From an uncultured Rhodospirillales bacterium (GTDB lineage Bacteria; Pseudomonadota; Alphaproteobacteria; RF32; CAG-239): a DNA stretch of 64,000 nt. The translations under genes were made by a program, and so were the position numbers. The stretch is taken from positions 54,535-118,534 of the forward strand of contig CACWQT010000004.1 in NCBI GenBank assembly GCA_902763185.1, written 5' to 3'. The stretch's first letter is position 1. Each line of letters starts with the position of its first letter. The notes below the pieces were generated by a model, which saw only the letters and a program-made list of their open reading frames with translations, searched no databases and was not told the origin of the DNA. Positions 7,130-18,200 of this stretch are shown one piece after another.

Positions 7130-9569
7130 TTTTGACTTTTATACTCTGTTTTTAACGGGCCTAAAGAGCATAGATGCCGTAGTTGCAACTTTTGGTATTA
7201 TTGCCGCTGCGGCAATAGCTATTTCTTTAGTTTCTAAAATCGGCACATGGGTTTTGCCACAACCAAGAGAATCACGGGTGGCGGATTTTCTGCCTTTCAA
7301 AAATTTATTATCTGATGGAGCAACGATTCGCTGTGATAACGGCACCTATGTTCGGGTATTCCAAATAGAAGGTGTAGACTTAACTTCAGCCCGCGAAGAA
7401 ACAGTTTTATCAATGTTTGAAGCAAGAAAAGCTTGGGTAGATAATATGGCAGATATGCAGGTAACCTGCCGCATTATTACGATTCGTGAGCGTGCACCGG
7501 TAGAAGGTAATAAAAGCGATTTTGGCAATAAGTGGCTGAAAATTGTAGATGATACATGGCGTGCGAATTTAAGTCGTGTTTATAAAAATGATCACTATTT
7601 GATTATTTCGGTAGAAGACCGTAAAGATGCCATTAAGGACTTAAACTATGCAACACAATCGGTTATGGCAAACCTTAATGATTATGGTGTTAAAGCTATG
7701 CATGAAGATGATGACACGCCGCCGGAGCGTAGTCCGTTCTATCCGTTTGTTCGTGTCTTAAATCCAATCAGCAAGCCGACACCTAAAATACGAAACGCAG
7801 AAGGTTTTCAATTAAAAGAGCTTTTAACTGCAGATGGAATACATTTTACCGGAGAAGAGGGGGTAATTAAATTCTTTTCAGGTAATAAAGAAAAATATGC
7901 CATAGCAATGGGAATACGCAATTCCGGTGATTATATGGATGAAAGCATGATTTCAAGTTTGTTGGCCATAGATTGTGAAATCACAGTGTTACATAATATT
8001 CATCCGATATTTAAGCCAAAAGCACGTATGATATTGGTGCAACAACAAAGAATGGCAGGACTTACAAGTTTTTCCGGTGATGTTGTCGGACAATATAGTG
8101 AGGCTTTAGCTGCAATTGAAGATAGTGATGCGGATCACCAGTCGTTAGTAGAATATTCAATGAGCTTTATTCTTAAAGGTGATAGCCTGAAAGAGGTGGA
8201 ATTCGGTGAAAGCGAAGTTCAAAGAATTTGCCGTTTGTTCAGCGTGACACCGGTTCGTGAAAATTGGATTGCGCAAGCGACATTTTTTAATCAATTTCCG
8301 GGGTTTGATACTTGCGGACGCACATATTTCTATCTTTCAAGAATTGTAACTTTGGCAGTGGCCTTTGAACAATTATCAACTGGTTTACCGAGAAGTGACT
8401 GGGGTGAGGGCGCTATTACCGTATTCCGCACCATGAGTGGATCACCCTATCGATTCCAATTCCATATTTCTGCTGCTGAATCTGCCGTGGCTCACTGTTG
8501 TATTGTTGGTCCGACCGGTCAAGGTAAAACGACTTTACTAACGTTCTTAGCTGGGCAGGCAATGCGTCATGGTGATCTAAAGGTTTATTTCTTTGACCGT
8601 CACCGTGGTGCTGAAATCTTCACGCACATGGTAAAAGGAAAATATGTCGGATTTAGCGGTGAACGTAAAAATGTGTCCTTAAATCCGTTTGATACGCGAG
8701 ACACAATGAGCAATCGCGCCTTTTTGCGTAACTGGTTAAAAGCAATTACCTTGGCCGGAGATGCTCTATCAGAACGAGAGGCAGCCCGAGCTGTAACAAC
8801 GGCATTTGATTACTTAAAACCGGAAGAACGCGTATTAAGTAACTTATATAAAAGCTGTTTTTCGCCAACAGGAACAATGCGTCGTGAACTGTTTCGTTGG
8901 GTAAACCCGGATCAGTATGGCAACATCTTTAATGCCGAACATGATAGCCTGGATTTAAGTTCCAATCGATTCGTTGCCTTTGATTTCACAGAGATCTTTG
9001 ATGATGATACTTTGGCAGCGGCATCAATTAGTTATATTATGCACCGCATTAATGCTGAAAGTACGGATACAGGTAATCCTGCGTTGGTGATGATTGATGA
9101 AACAGCGCCGATGTTAAAGCATGAAATGTTCCGTGATGCCTTTATTAAAGGTTTACAAGAAGGACGTAAAAAACGTCAGGCGTATCTTTGCGCCTTCCAA
9201 CAACCAAATATTATAGATACATTAGGAGTTGGTGATGCAGTGCGCGGTCAATGTAAAACCATGATTTTCTTCCGCAATACACAAGCAACGCCTGAATCTT
9301 ATGAAAAATGGAATTTAACCGCCAGTGAATACGATTTTATTAGCGGTAAATCATTCCGTGATTGCCCGTATGCCATATTATTAAAACGGCCGGATGCTGA
9401 TGACGGTAAAGGCGAGTCAGTTGTTTTGGATGTTAATTTAAGTGGTCTTGGACCTTATCTTAAATTATACAACTCCGGCATTAAAAATGTATTGCTTGTT
9501 GACAGCCTAGTAAAAGAGTTCGGCGAAGACGGCTTTGTAACCAAGTATTTGGATGGAATGGGCGGATAG
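7119..9569 (+). CDS. virB4: VirB4/TrbE-family ATPase
   Basis: 816 aa with Walker A GPTGQGKTT and Walker B-like ALVMIDETAPML. The N-terminal region shows the typical ...DGATIRCDNGTYVRVFQIEGVDLTS. The TTG start overlaps the virB3 end by 11 nt. Confidence 0.9.
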   Translation: MNLDFDFYTLFLTGLKSIDAVVATFGIIAAAAIAISLVSKIGTWVLPQPRESRVADFLPFKNLLSDGATIRCDNGTYVRVFQIEGVDLTSAREETVLSMFEARKAWVDNMADMQVTCRIITIRERAPVEGNKSDFGNKWLKIVDDTWRANLSRVYKNDHYLIISVEDRKDAIKDLNYATQSVMANLNDYGVKAMHEDDDTPPERSPFYPFVRVLNPISKPTPKIRNAEGFQLKELLTADGIHFTGEEGVIKFFSGNKEKYAIAMGIRNSGDYMDESMISSLLAIDCEITVLHNIHPIFKPKARMILVQQQRMAGLTSFSGDVVGQYSEALAAIEDSDADHQSLVEYSMSFILKGDSLKEVEFGESEVQRICRLFSVTPVRENWIAQATFFNQFPGFDTCGRTYFYLSRIVTLAVAFEQLSTGLPRSDWGEGAITVFRTMSGSPYRFQFHISAAESAVAHCCIVGPTGQGKTTLLTFLAGQAMRHGDLKVYFFDRHRGAEIFTHMVKGKYVGFSGERKNVSLNPFDTRDTMSNRAFLRNWLKAITLAGDALSEREAARAVTTAFDYLKPEERVLSNLYKSCFSPTGTMRRELFRWVNPDQYGNIFNAEHDSLDLSSNRFVAFDFTEIFDDDTLAAASISYIMHRINAESTDTGNPALVMIDETAPMLKHEMFRDAFIKGLQEGRKKRQAYLCAFQQPNIIDTLGVGDAVRGQCKTMIFFRNTQATPESYEKWNLTASEYDFISGKSFRDCPYAILLKRPDADDGKGESVVLDVNLSGLGPYLKLYNSGIKNVLLVDSLVKEFGEDGFVTKYLDGMGG

Positions 9570-9572
9570 TAG

Positions 9573-9601
9573 TTGACAAAAATAAAAAAATATGATAAAA
9601 T
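9573..9601 (+). promoter_or_regulatory. Candidate sigma70-type promoter inside the T4SS locus
   Basis: TTGACA (9573-9578), 17-nt spacer, TAAAAT (9596-9601), in the 83-nt gap between virB4 and the next gene. Pattern only. Confidence 0.45.
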
Positions 9602-9652
9602 AATTCAACGTAAAATAGGCGTATACCGTATTATTTTTAAGGGAGATTTAAT

Positions 9653-10627
9653 ATGAAAAAATGTAAATTAGGCACAATAATTGCTTGTTGTGGGGTGCTT
9701 TTTTTATGCAATACGACAAACGCTATAGTAGTATTAGATCCCGGACAAATGATTCCAGTTCCAAAAGAGATTAGTAATGGCATTACAAAATTTGGTGAAA
9801 TGAAAAGTGCTTTAACAAATCTTAAAGAAAATCTCTCTGCCATCGGTGATAAAGTTAATAGCATTTCTGAGTTTAATAAAGACGCATCCAAAGATAACGG
9901 AAAATGTAAAAACGCTGCTACAGCAGCAAATGATAGAGTAATGAACAATATTAAAAGTATTGCTGTGGCTCAAAGTGGTATAGCGAACATATTAAAAATT
10001 GCTCAATCTGCCAAAGAAAATCTGGCAGATGGGATAGTGCTTCAGACAGAGGAGCTTATAAATATTGCAACTGCTGAAAATAATGCAGAAATTAAGGCAA
10101 ATATCGCAGCTAATTTTGAAAATGTCAAAGAACTGAGTTCCCAGTTAACTGAAAATGTAAATGAAGCTTTTGATACTGCATTAAATACAGTTAATCAGAA
10201 TGCCCAAAAAAGTCACGAAGCACTGACTAAACTACGCAAAGTTGCTATGTTTGAAGAGAAGTTGAACGCCGAAGAAAGGGATAGTTGGCGCACAAATGAT
10301 TTAAATAATCGTGAACAGGCTGTTTCTGATGAAGGTATAGGTATGATAGAAGTAGCACACGAACAATATAATAGGGAATACAAAGAAAAATTTTCTGATG
10401 AGCTGAATAATTATCAAAAAATAGTTCTAGCATACGCAGACGGTAATGTCGATAAAGAAGATGTTATCAAAGCAGGCGAACAGTTTAAAATTGCAGTGGC
10501 AAATATCAATACAGCCTTGAACGAAGATAAACGTGCAATCTACGAGCAAAATGCTATTGGCTTACAACACGAAGTGGAAAGCGTAACCCAAAATATTATT
10601 CAACGCTTTGAGGTTCGTCAAAGTTAA
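9653..10627 (+). CDS. Secreted helical protein, VirB5/TrbJ-like N-terminus (paralog A)
   Basis: 324 aa with signal peptide ...CNTTNA-IVVLDPGQMIPVPKEISNGITKFGEMKSALTNLKENL. The hydrophobic-hydrophobic-D-P start followed by a long helix is as in TrbJ/VirB5. The remainder is predicted helical or coiled coil. The C-terminal YADGNVDKEDVIKAGEQFKIAVANINTAL is paralogous to YYAGKTTKEEMIAAGKAFKEKIAATNVSL in the 11171 gene. Confidence 0.45.
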   Translation: MKKCKLGTIIACCGVLFLCNTTNAIVVLDPGQMIPVPKEISNGITKFGEMKSALTNLKENLSAIGDKVNSISEFNKDASKDNGKCKNAATAANDRVMNNIKSIAVAQSGIANILKIAQSAKENLADGIVLQTEELINIATAENNAEIKANIAANFENVKELSSQLTENVNEAFDTALNTVNQNAQKSHEALTKLRKVAMFEEKLNAEERDSWRTNDLNNREQAVSDEGIGMIEVAHEQYNREYKEKFSDELNNYQKIVLAYADGNVDKEDVIKAGEQFKIAVANINTALNEDKRAIYEQNAIGLQHEVESVTQNIIQRFEVRQS

Positions 10628-10661
10628 GCGCTGGGGAAATAGATTATTAGGGAGGGTTGAG

Positions 10662-11093
10662 ATGAAAATAAAACTACATATTAAAAAATTTTTAGCAGTA
10701 ATGTTATTAACTTGTAGTTTGGTAGTGCCAAAGCCTGCACATGCCTTTGTTTGGCCGGCTATTGCTCCGGCAGAGATTGGCCTTTTTGTAAACAATGTTA
10801 TTACGGCACTAAGTGTAATTGCAACTGATAATGCAAAAATTCAAGGATATATAGCCACAATTCAGGCAATCGGTGATCAGGTAAGTATGGTTTGTAAATA
10901 TGCCCAAGATATCGGGGATGCCATAAACAGCATAGAAGATAGCGTGGAGCGTCTGGGCAGAGTAACAAGAGAAGCTAATGAATATGTAGCAATAACCATG
11001 GAAACATCCGTTGATGATTTAGCAAACGTAAATACAGAAAATAATCAAATGGCGGATAATTTGGTAAATGCTGTAGAGAAGGCGATGAAGTAA
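10662..11093 (+). CDS. Small secreted helical protein, VirB5/TrbJ-like (paralog B)
   Basis: The ORF is open from 10608, but the likely start is ATG 10662 after GGGAGGG. Signal peptide ...PKPAHA-FVWPAIAPAEIGLFVNNVITALSVIATDNAKIQGYIATIQAIGDQ. Confidence 0.4.
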   Translation: MKIKLHIKKFLAVMLLTCSLVVPKPAHAFVWPAIAPAEIGLFVNNVITALSVIATDNAKIQGYIATIQAIGDQVSMVCKYAQDIGDAINSIEDSVERLGRVTREANEYVAITMETSVDDLANVNTENNQMADNLVNAVEKAMK

Positions 11094-11170
11094 AGGGGTA
11101 TCAATTTTTTGTTTTAAAATAACGGTTTATTAAATATTGCACATTAGACTGGGATTATTAGAGAGGACCA

Positions 11171-13105
11171 ATGAATATGCTAAAATCAATTTTCTTAAGT
11201 TTGGTAAGTATACTATGTATAAACAACGTATATGCCATAGATGCTGCAATATCCCAACAAACCGATGAAGAAAATATCCAAGAAATAATTGTTCGAGCCA
11301 AAAGCGAAAATGAAATTCGTGACAAAGAAATTTTAGCAGTATTAGAAAAAGCTGATACTACAATAACCGAAACATTAAATTCAGTACAAACATCATTAGA
11401 TGTCGTGGAAAAAACTGTATTTGCCACAGGAAGGCTGGGAGCACCAGAACAGGACGTTGTTACAAAAGAAGTAAATCAGGTAAAACAGGAATTTGCAGAT
11501 CTCAGAGATGAAACATCAAAAATTATTGCAGAGATGCGCGATAACTATGCCAAAGAAAGTTCAAAAGTTTTAAGAGCCTATGATGAATATAGTTTGGCAA
11601 TTAGTGATTATTATGCAGGTAAAACAACAAAAGAAGAGATGATAGCAGCAGGAAAAGCTTTCAAAGAAAAAATTGCCGCAACAAATGTAAGCCTAGATAA
11701 GCAAAGACTGGATACTCTAAAAAAACTGACACAAGAGATTTCAGTCAAAACCAAAGATTTACAAGAGGATATCTTAAATAAAATTTCTAATAGCAGAGAA
11801 TATTCCGATGAAGACGAAGAGGAAGATAAAACATCATTCTTAAAAACAACAGATGGTGTTCACTATGTATATAACTATCATACCCAAAACGAACATATTT
11901 ATCTTAAAAGTCAATATTCAACAGAAACAGATGGCAACTTCTTAATGTCAACAGAACTTGTTTGTGAGGATTTAGATATTACAAAATTAGAGGAAAGCGC
12001 AAGTGAGGTTGAAAAATTTCGTGATTGCGTAACCAGAGCCAAAACAGAAAAAGAATATTTTGCCATTAAAGGGATAGCCGGTTGCAGTGCAAGTAATTTG
12101 CACGGATGTGATCCTTTTAAGGAAAAGCTGTATGAACCATATAAAAATAAAGGTGTTTATAAACATATTTTAGAGGACTATGACGCAGCTAATGTAGCAA
12201 ATATTGCTAAAACCAAACAATATGCACATTCTTGGCAGGGGAAATATGACGAAAGCACTGGAGAATGTAAAGAGGGAACTCTATGCGAGTTTTCGAATAA
12301 AGTTCGTGATGGAACCATCAGCAACGCCAACGATGCAACAAAATTCTTAGCAAAAGTAGAATTGGAAGCCGCTAAATTTTGGAGCTTTTTAAGGCGCGTA
12401 GATGCATTACATCGTTCTAAGAAGGCAGTTAATTATTTTACACCAATGCAGACATTATATTTGGATGGTAGAGATGATGGTAGACAGGAAAGTCCGTATG
12501 TAGATGCTACAGCTGCCGCATCAGAACGTCCTGGAGTAGTTAAGGTGGAAGATAAAGACCAAGATGTAGCGCCGAACGTATTGCTATATGTATGCAAAAT
12601 AAAGGCTGAAGATGTTTCTATGGATCCGGAAGATGCCGGAAATGAAAGCAAAAAAGAAGAAGCGGAAAAAAAGATTGTTAAATGTCTAAAGACTTATGCT
12701 AAATGGGTAGATAAAGGAACAGACAAGGATCAGCTTTCAGCCGGAGAAGCCAGCCAAGTTAATGATAAAAAGAAATTATGGAAAGAAAAAGAAATCGGCG
12801 CAGCAACGGATAGCATGTTCAAAAATTTAACAGTTGCTGCTATTAATCTATATAAATCAAGCTTGGATTATAAAGAAGAGCCGCCGGAGGATGGGATTAA
12901 TATAGTTTCGTTGGATAAAGGCTTAAGTGAAAAAGCAACTCAAGTAATGGATGGCTATGCTGCTGGCGCCAAAATTAACTATTATACAACAAATCAAATT
13001 TTAAGCGTTGTAGATGCAGATGCTCTGGAATTACAAACAGAAATTATTCAGAACTTAAATGAAATGGGATACAATTTCTTTCAAATTGAAGAGGGAGGAA
13101 ACTAA
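11171..13105 (+). CDS. Secreted coiled-coil protein, paralogous to 9653 product (paralog C)
   Basis: 644 aa with signal peptide ...INNVYA-ID. It has no internal hydrophobic helices. The N-terminal third aligns by eye with the 9653 product. The Cys-containing middle has no recognisable family. Confidence 0.4.
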   Translation: MNMLKSIFLSLVSILCINNVYAIDAAISQQTDEENIQEIIVRAKSENEIRDKEILAVLEKADTTITETLNSVQTSLDVVEKTVFATGRLGAPEQDVVTKEVNQVKQEFADLRDETSKIIAEMRDNYAKESSKVLRAYDEYSLAISDYYAGKTTKEEMIAAGKAFKEKIAATNVSLDKQRLDTLKKLTQEISVKTKDLQEDILNKISNSREYSDEDEEEDKTSFLKTTDGVHYVYNYHTQNEHIYLKSQYSTETDGNFLMSTELVCEDLDITKLEESASEVEKFRDCVTRAKTEKEYFAIKGIAGCSASNLHGCDPFKEKLYEPYKNKGVYKHILEDYDAANVANIAKTKQYAHSWQGKYDESTGECKEGTLCEFSNKVRDGTISNANDATKFLAKVELEAAKFWSFLRRVDALHRSKKAVNYFTPMQTLYLDGRDDGRQESPYVDATAAASERPGVVKVEDKDQDVAPNVLLYVCKIKAEDVSMDPEDAGNESKKEEAEKKIVKCLKTYAKWVDKGTDKDQLSAGEASQVNDKKKLWKEKEIGAATDSMFKNLTVAAINLYKSSLDYKEEPPEDGINIVSLDKGLSEKATQVMDGYAAGAKINYYTTNQILSVVDADALELQTEIIQNLNEMGYNFFQIEEGGN

Positions 13106-13107
13106 TA

Positions 13108-13851
13108 ATGAGGAAAAGAATAAGCATATTGTTACTCCTTTTTTGTTTAGTATATACGCGACCGGCATATGCCGTGTTTGACTTTATTTCTGCCATAGAA
13201 GATGGTATTAACCTAGCTATAGATATTCAAAACAAAGTAGAGCAAATACAGAACAAAATTGCGGAAATAAAAAAACGTATTACACAAGGTTTTGCTCTCG
13301 CTGGTGGATGCATTCAAAATCCGATGCAATGTGATGTGAATGCATTAGAGAACTTTATTGGGGATGGCCTCGGTGTTGTTAGCAAAACTCTTGATGGAGT
13401 ATATGTTATGAAACAAGCCAAACTAATGGCAAAAGAAAACTTAAATGAACAATGCACCTCCTGTTTAGAAGATGAAGTAAAAGATACTTATATCTATAAA
13501 AGAGGTGAAGGCGATGATATGAAAAGGTTGAGTGAAAATCGCGAAAATATTAATGGTATCGTTATTAATGACACGAATGTTTTGTTTGCTAAAGCGATAA
13601 CCACACGTCATGCTATTATCATGGAAGACGCCTCTATTTATCAAACAAATTTTGGTGATAATTCAGGAGCGTCAGATCCGGAAAATCCTAAAAATCCGGA
13701 AAATATACAAAAGATTTTGCGGGCACAAACTTTTGTATCCATTTATACACAAAGTCGCTTGGCGCGTATATTGGAACTCCGTGCACATATGGTCGGCGCA
13801 GAAGCAACCGTAGAGTTAACAAAGCAAGGTAAAGATAAAGGTGAAGAATAG
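13108..13851 (+). CDS. Secreted helical protein, VirB5/TrbJ-like (paralog D)
   Basis: 247 aa with signal peptide ...TRPAYA-VFDFISAIEDGINLAIDIQNKVEQIQNKIAEIKKRITQG. The size and N-terminal pattern are the closest to canonical VirB5/TrbJ in this set. RBS is GGGAGGA. Confidence 0.5.
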   Translation: MRKRISILLLLFCLVYTRPAYAVFDFISAIEDGINLAIDIQNKVEQIQNKIAEIKKRITQGFALAGGCIQNPMQCDVNALENFIGDGLGVVSKTLDGVYVMKQAKLMAKENLNEQCTSCLEDEVKDTYIYKRGEGDDMKRLSENRENINGIVINDTNVLFAKAITTRHAIIMEDASIYQTNFGDNSGASDPENPKNPENIQKILRAQTFVSIYTQSRLARILELRAHMVGAEATVELTKQGKDKGEE

Positions 13852-13852
13852 C

Positions 13853-15184
13853 ATGAAAAAAATATTATCAGTCATAATATTATCAGCATTATTAGTAACA
13901 GGAAGTCCAAAACCTGCCCATGCCATTATTATTGATCCGGGGCAAATTGCTGCCAAAATTGCAGAAATAGTGCAAGACATTGCCGATGCTGTGGCGACAG
14001 GTATTGAAGAAGTAAACAAAGTTAAGCAAATGGCAGCACAAGGGTTCAATTATCAAGCTTTGATAAATAAGGCAACGGAATTTGCAACTAAATATGCAAT
14101 TGACTATGTTACACAAAAGATTTTAACAAAGCGCTTCAAAGAAGTTGAAGGCGATACCAATAAGCAAAACAAGAAAGTCTTGGAAAAAGATAAAGAAAAT
14201 TATAAAGAGGCAACAGAAGCCTTATATGATAAGCAACTGGAGATTTTAGAAGGGGAAATTTCAAAAACTAATAGTGCAAAAGCAGAAGCGCAATCCAAAA
14301 TGAATGAGGCTAAAAGCAAAGAAGCATCAGCAAAAGCGGCTTATGAGGCTGAAACAAGCCCTGAAGCAAAGAATCACAAGCTGATGGAATATATGAAGTG
14401 GTCAGCAGAAGCTGAAAAATGGACCAACGATTACTTTGAACTTGATAAAAAGAGCATTGAACTTCAAAAACAGAAAGAATATCTGCTGCAAGAAAAAAAT
14501 AAAATTGCATCAGAAGATGAGCAATATAAGGCTCTTGAGGAACGTGTTAAGGCCATGGAAGAAGATAAGAACGAGTTGGTATCTATTGATCCGAAAGAAG
14601 CCGAATGGGATGAAGTTGATGTAGAAGATTTTGATATAAATAAATACTATGATAAATTTGTTGAACAATATTTCTTTGATCCCAAAGAGTTGGGAGATAA
14701 CGGTAAAGAGGGACTAACTGCTCATCAAAGCCGTATGGATAGAATTATGCGCCAAAGGCGGTATTTGGTTGTTAATAGTGCCGCACATTTAATGCAGGTG
14801 GCTGCTTCAATGCGTCGCTCATTACCGGTTGAGTATAAAAAGAACAAAGAGATGTTTACATCTATCGGGCAAGATGAAGGCGAATTAGCAGCAATGAATG
14901 TATATTCTGCGACCAGAGTTGAAACAGCCAGAGCTTTATTGATGTATGCCAAATTGCTTTGCGCTAAACTGCAGTATGAAACAGCGCGTGATTTAGTCAA
15001 GTCAGATGTTCAAAGAGACAAGACTGAAAATGCAGATTTTAACTTAGAAAAATATATATTAGATTCCTCAGATGTTGAAGCCGTGGTGAAGAAGTTCACA
15101 TATGGTGAAAACGCAGAAGCAGAAAAATCAAATTTGAATTCGGATTATTACAACAATGCTAATGAAGCATTTAGGAATTATTAA
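13853..15184 (+). CDS. Secreted coiled-coil protein, VirB5/TrbJ-like N-terminus (paralog E)
   Basis: The ORF is open from GTG 13841, but the likely start is ATG 13853 (MKKILSVIILS). Signal peptide ...PKPAHA-IIIDPGQIAAKIAEIVQDIADAVATGIEEVNKVKQMAAQG. A long K/E-rich coiled coil follows. Confidence 0.45.
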   Translation: MKKILSVIILSALLVTGSPKPAHAIIIDPGQIAAKIAEIVQDIADAVATGIEEVNKVKQMAAQGFNYQALINKATEFATKYAIDYVTQKILTKRFKEVEGDTNKQNKKVLEKDKENYKEATEALYDKQLEILEGEISKTNSAKAEAQSKMNEAKSKEASAKAAYEAETSPEAKNHKLMEYMKWSAEAEKWTNDYFELDKKSIELQKQKEYLLQEKNKIASEDEQYKALEERVKAMEEDKNELVSIDPKEAEWDEVDVEDFDINKYYDKFVEQYFFDPKELGDNGKEGLTAHQSRMDRIMRQRRYLVVNSAAHLMQVAASMRRSLPVEYKKNKEMFTSIGQDEGELAAMNVYSATRVETARALLMYAKLLCAKLQYETARDLVKSDVQRDKTENADFNLEKYILDSSDVEAVVKKFTYGENAEAEKSNLNSDYYNNANEAFRNY

Positions 15185-15201
15185 TTAAGGAGTGATGAGC
15201 A

Positions 15202-18200
15202 ATGACAAAGATACAGGGATTATTAAGAAGCATACTGATTTTATGTTTGTTTCTTTCTACTAACATAAAAAAAGCGGAAGCATTTGGATGGCTTCCGCCA
15301 CTCCCACCGGAGCCTGTTGTAGACTTTCCGGATGAAGGCGGAAAAGTTGTATCAGTTGCCCAGGCAGCCTATCAAAAGGTTCAATCTATTGATTCCAAAC
15401 TTGCCACACTCCGCTTGGATGCAATCAAAAAAGGTGACCTTTTTGCGCTTAAAGAATTGCTTAGCACAGCCAATGCTCTGACTGAAGGTGGTAAAAAGAA
15501 ATCTCCTAATAAAGGCACCGTTCAGCCCAATTCTGACCTTAAAATAACCAATGATAATAAAGGTTTGCTGGATGAAGAAGCTTTCTTTAATGCTCATAAC
15601 GCTCTATTCTTTACTTATCCGTCAATAGCTGATTATCAAAGTATGTTTCCTGAGGGAGAGGCGGATTATTCATTTATGCGCACAATTTATGAGGGAAAAG
15701 CCGCAAAATATCGTCAAGATATGTTAATAGATACATATTTGACCGCACGTGTTATGGAAGATTACTTAGTAACAGTTGAACGGACACTTAATCGTTTAGA
15801 TAAATGCCAAAAAGAACCGGACCCTGAAAAGTGCACATTTTTTGGCATGACTATGGCTAAGGTCGAGTCAAAAGAAGAAGCGCCCCAACCAGGGGATAAT
15901 AACAATCCTGGGCAGATGGGGGCTGCAACAAATGCGTATATTGTAACTATGGTGTATGACAGATTAATGCGTATTGTGGAAGATTTAACAGCAACAGAAG
16001 CACTATATCAATCAGCCAAACAAACAGACATGGCAGATCCGGTTTATCCGAAAGCAAATGAAAGCAACGCCGCAGATTATGTACCACAAAAATATCACTT
16101 TGCATATAGCAAAACACATGAGCATTCTTATGCAAAAGGTTTGATAAATAGTGATGGTTTTAATCGCTTAAAGTGTAATCCGGGTGAAAAAGGTTGTCCG
16201 GCAAGTAACAATGAGGCTAAAGCCAAAAAACTGATGGATGACACGGAGATCCTGACAAAGTTGCAACCTTTAGATAATATTTTAACCGAGGCAATCACAA
16301 TACACAACATAAAGAACCAGTTGCCTTCTTATAAAGTGCAATATCGTAAATATTTGCGTGCCATAGAGAACCACAAGCGAGCACTGCAAGCAGTTTATGA
16401 TAGTGACCAATGTATTGTAAAATTCTTTATGCGTCACGGTGCAGATACAGTTATTGACCCGATAACACATCAAGAAAGAAAGAGAAATAAAGAGGAATGG
16501 GATGGCTTCTGGGGAACACCTAAAGGCAGAGGCGAACAACCGACTGAAGACGGTCACGTGTTCAAATATGAAAAAGATTACAATAACTACGAAAGTCGTG
16601 GTGGTTATTCCTTAGAATTAATTAAGGAATATCAGGCACGCACAGAAAACACTATTTTAGGCACTTCAAGCGAGTGCGAGAACTATTATGCGGAAGGACA
16701 ATGTGCTGATGGTTATAAATCAGATACAGACCATCCGTGTGCCGCAGATAAAACATTATATCCTTGTGTATTAGAAAATGCCGTTGAATTTGATGCCAAC
16801 ACCCCTTCATCCGTTAATACTGACAATATGCAGGATTCGCTAGACGGTGGTGTAGAAAAACTGGCAGACAATCAAAAAGGCTCATTAAGTTTTGATGAAA
16901 AAGATTATGTTGCCAGCAACACAGATATTGAAAACATTGTTGACGATAACCGTGTTCGCACAGAAACACCATGGCGTATCGGTGCAGAAAAAGTAGTAGA
17001 AATGACCGGTAGAACTGACGGCTTTAAGATTTTATTCTATCCGTGGAATGACCAGAAAGGGTTCCAAGTTGAATATTTGCGTCAAAAATACCACAATATT
17101 GGCAATATTATAAAAACCACGGATAAAGGTTGGGCATCTTTCAAGATTACACAATCGTTATCTGAAAATCCGGATCCTAATGCTGCTGAAGATGCAGAAG
17201 AAGCCAAATTACAGCAAGCAATTAAATCGCTTGTTAATGGTGGACGGACTTGTTTGTCAGTAGATGATGCTGTAGTAAAGGCAAGAAACGAGATATGCTC
17301 TGGTTATCCTTCAGATCAATACGAATGTAATGTAGAAGGAGATGCCTCTACGGGTATAATTCATTACGAAATCATAACCAAAGGTCAAGAGGCTACATTT
17401 ACCAGCAGAGAAGAAGTTACCGAGGGAACGGATACTTTGGAAGAAGATGAAACTCTTGAAGAAGCTGAAGAAAGAATCTGCGGTGATTATGAGGATGAAG
17501 AAGATATTACCTGTAGTGTAGAAGAGGGTGAGGAAGAAGGCGAAATCTCTTATACAATAACCGAAACCATCAAAGAGGAGGCTACGGCGGCAGTTGCAGG
17601 TGGTGAAGTTGTTGCATCAGGCGATAAGAAACAGTATGCAAGTGAAACCGGACCGCAATGTGAATATACAAATTCAGGTACATTCGATTTTGAAATAACT
17701 CCGTCAGGTGGTATGGGCTGTAATGATACATGGGATTTAACCAAAGGTTTCTTAGTTAAGAGATATCTGCGGTGTCTTGTTGCTGAAGATGCAGATAAAT
17801 TTTATAGCGATGCTAAAGGTAAAGGGAGAAGAGTCGCACGCAATAAATTAGCTGAGGTGATGTGGACACGTAAAGGCACAGATATTGTTATGAAAGAAAC
17901 TGTAAATGATTATAATCTTAAAATTGAAGCCTTAGAAAGCAAATTAGCTAAAACGAAAGAGCTAATGACATCTTATAACAAGTTGGTAGATTCGGCGATT
18001 GAAGAAAAGAATCTTATCCAAAAGCTTAAAGATAAGTCAGAAAAACGTATCAAGAGTATTGAAGATGAAATAGCTAGTATTACTGAGCGAGAAGCTAAAG
18101 TAAATATACAGAGCGATAAATGCGCAATGGATTATCGCAAAGCTAAACTCAATCATGAAATGAATTGTATAAAAAGCGGCACTGGTAACTTTGCTTGTCC

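Noticed and set aside
6817-7528. Minus-strand ORFs 6817-7188, 7139-7345 and 7346-7528, and plus-strand ORF 6886-7101.
   Set aside because: They overlap virB3 and virB4, which carry family motifs and ribosome-binding sites. None has an SD or recognisable features.
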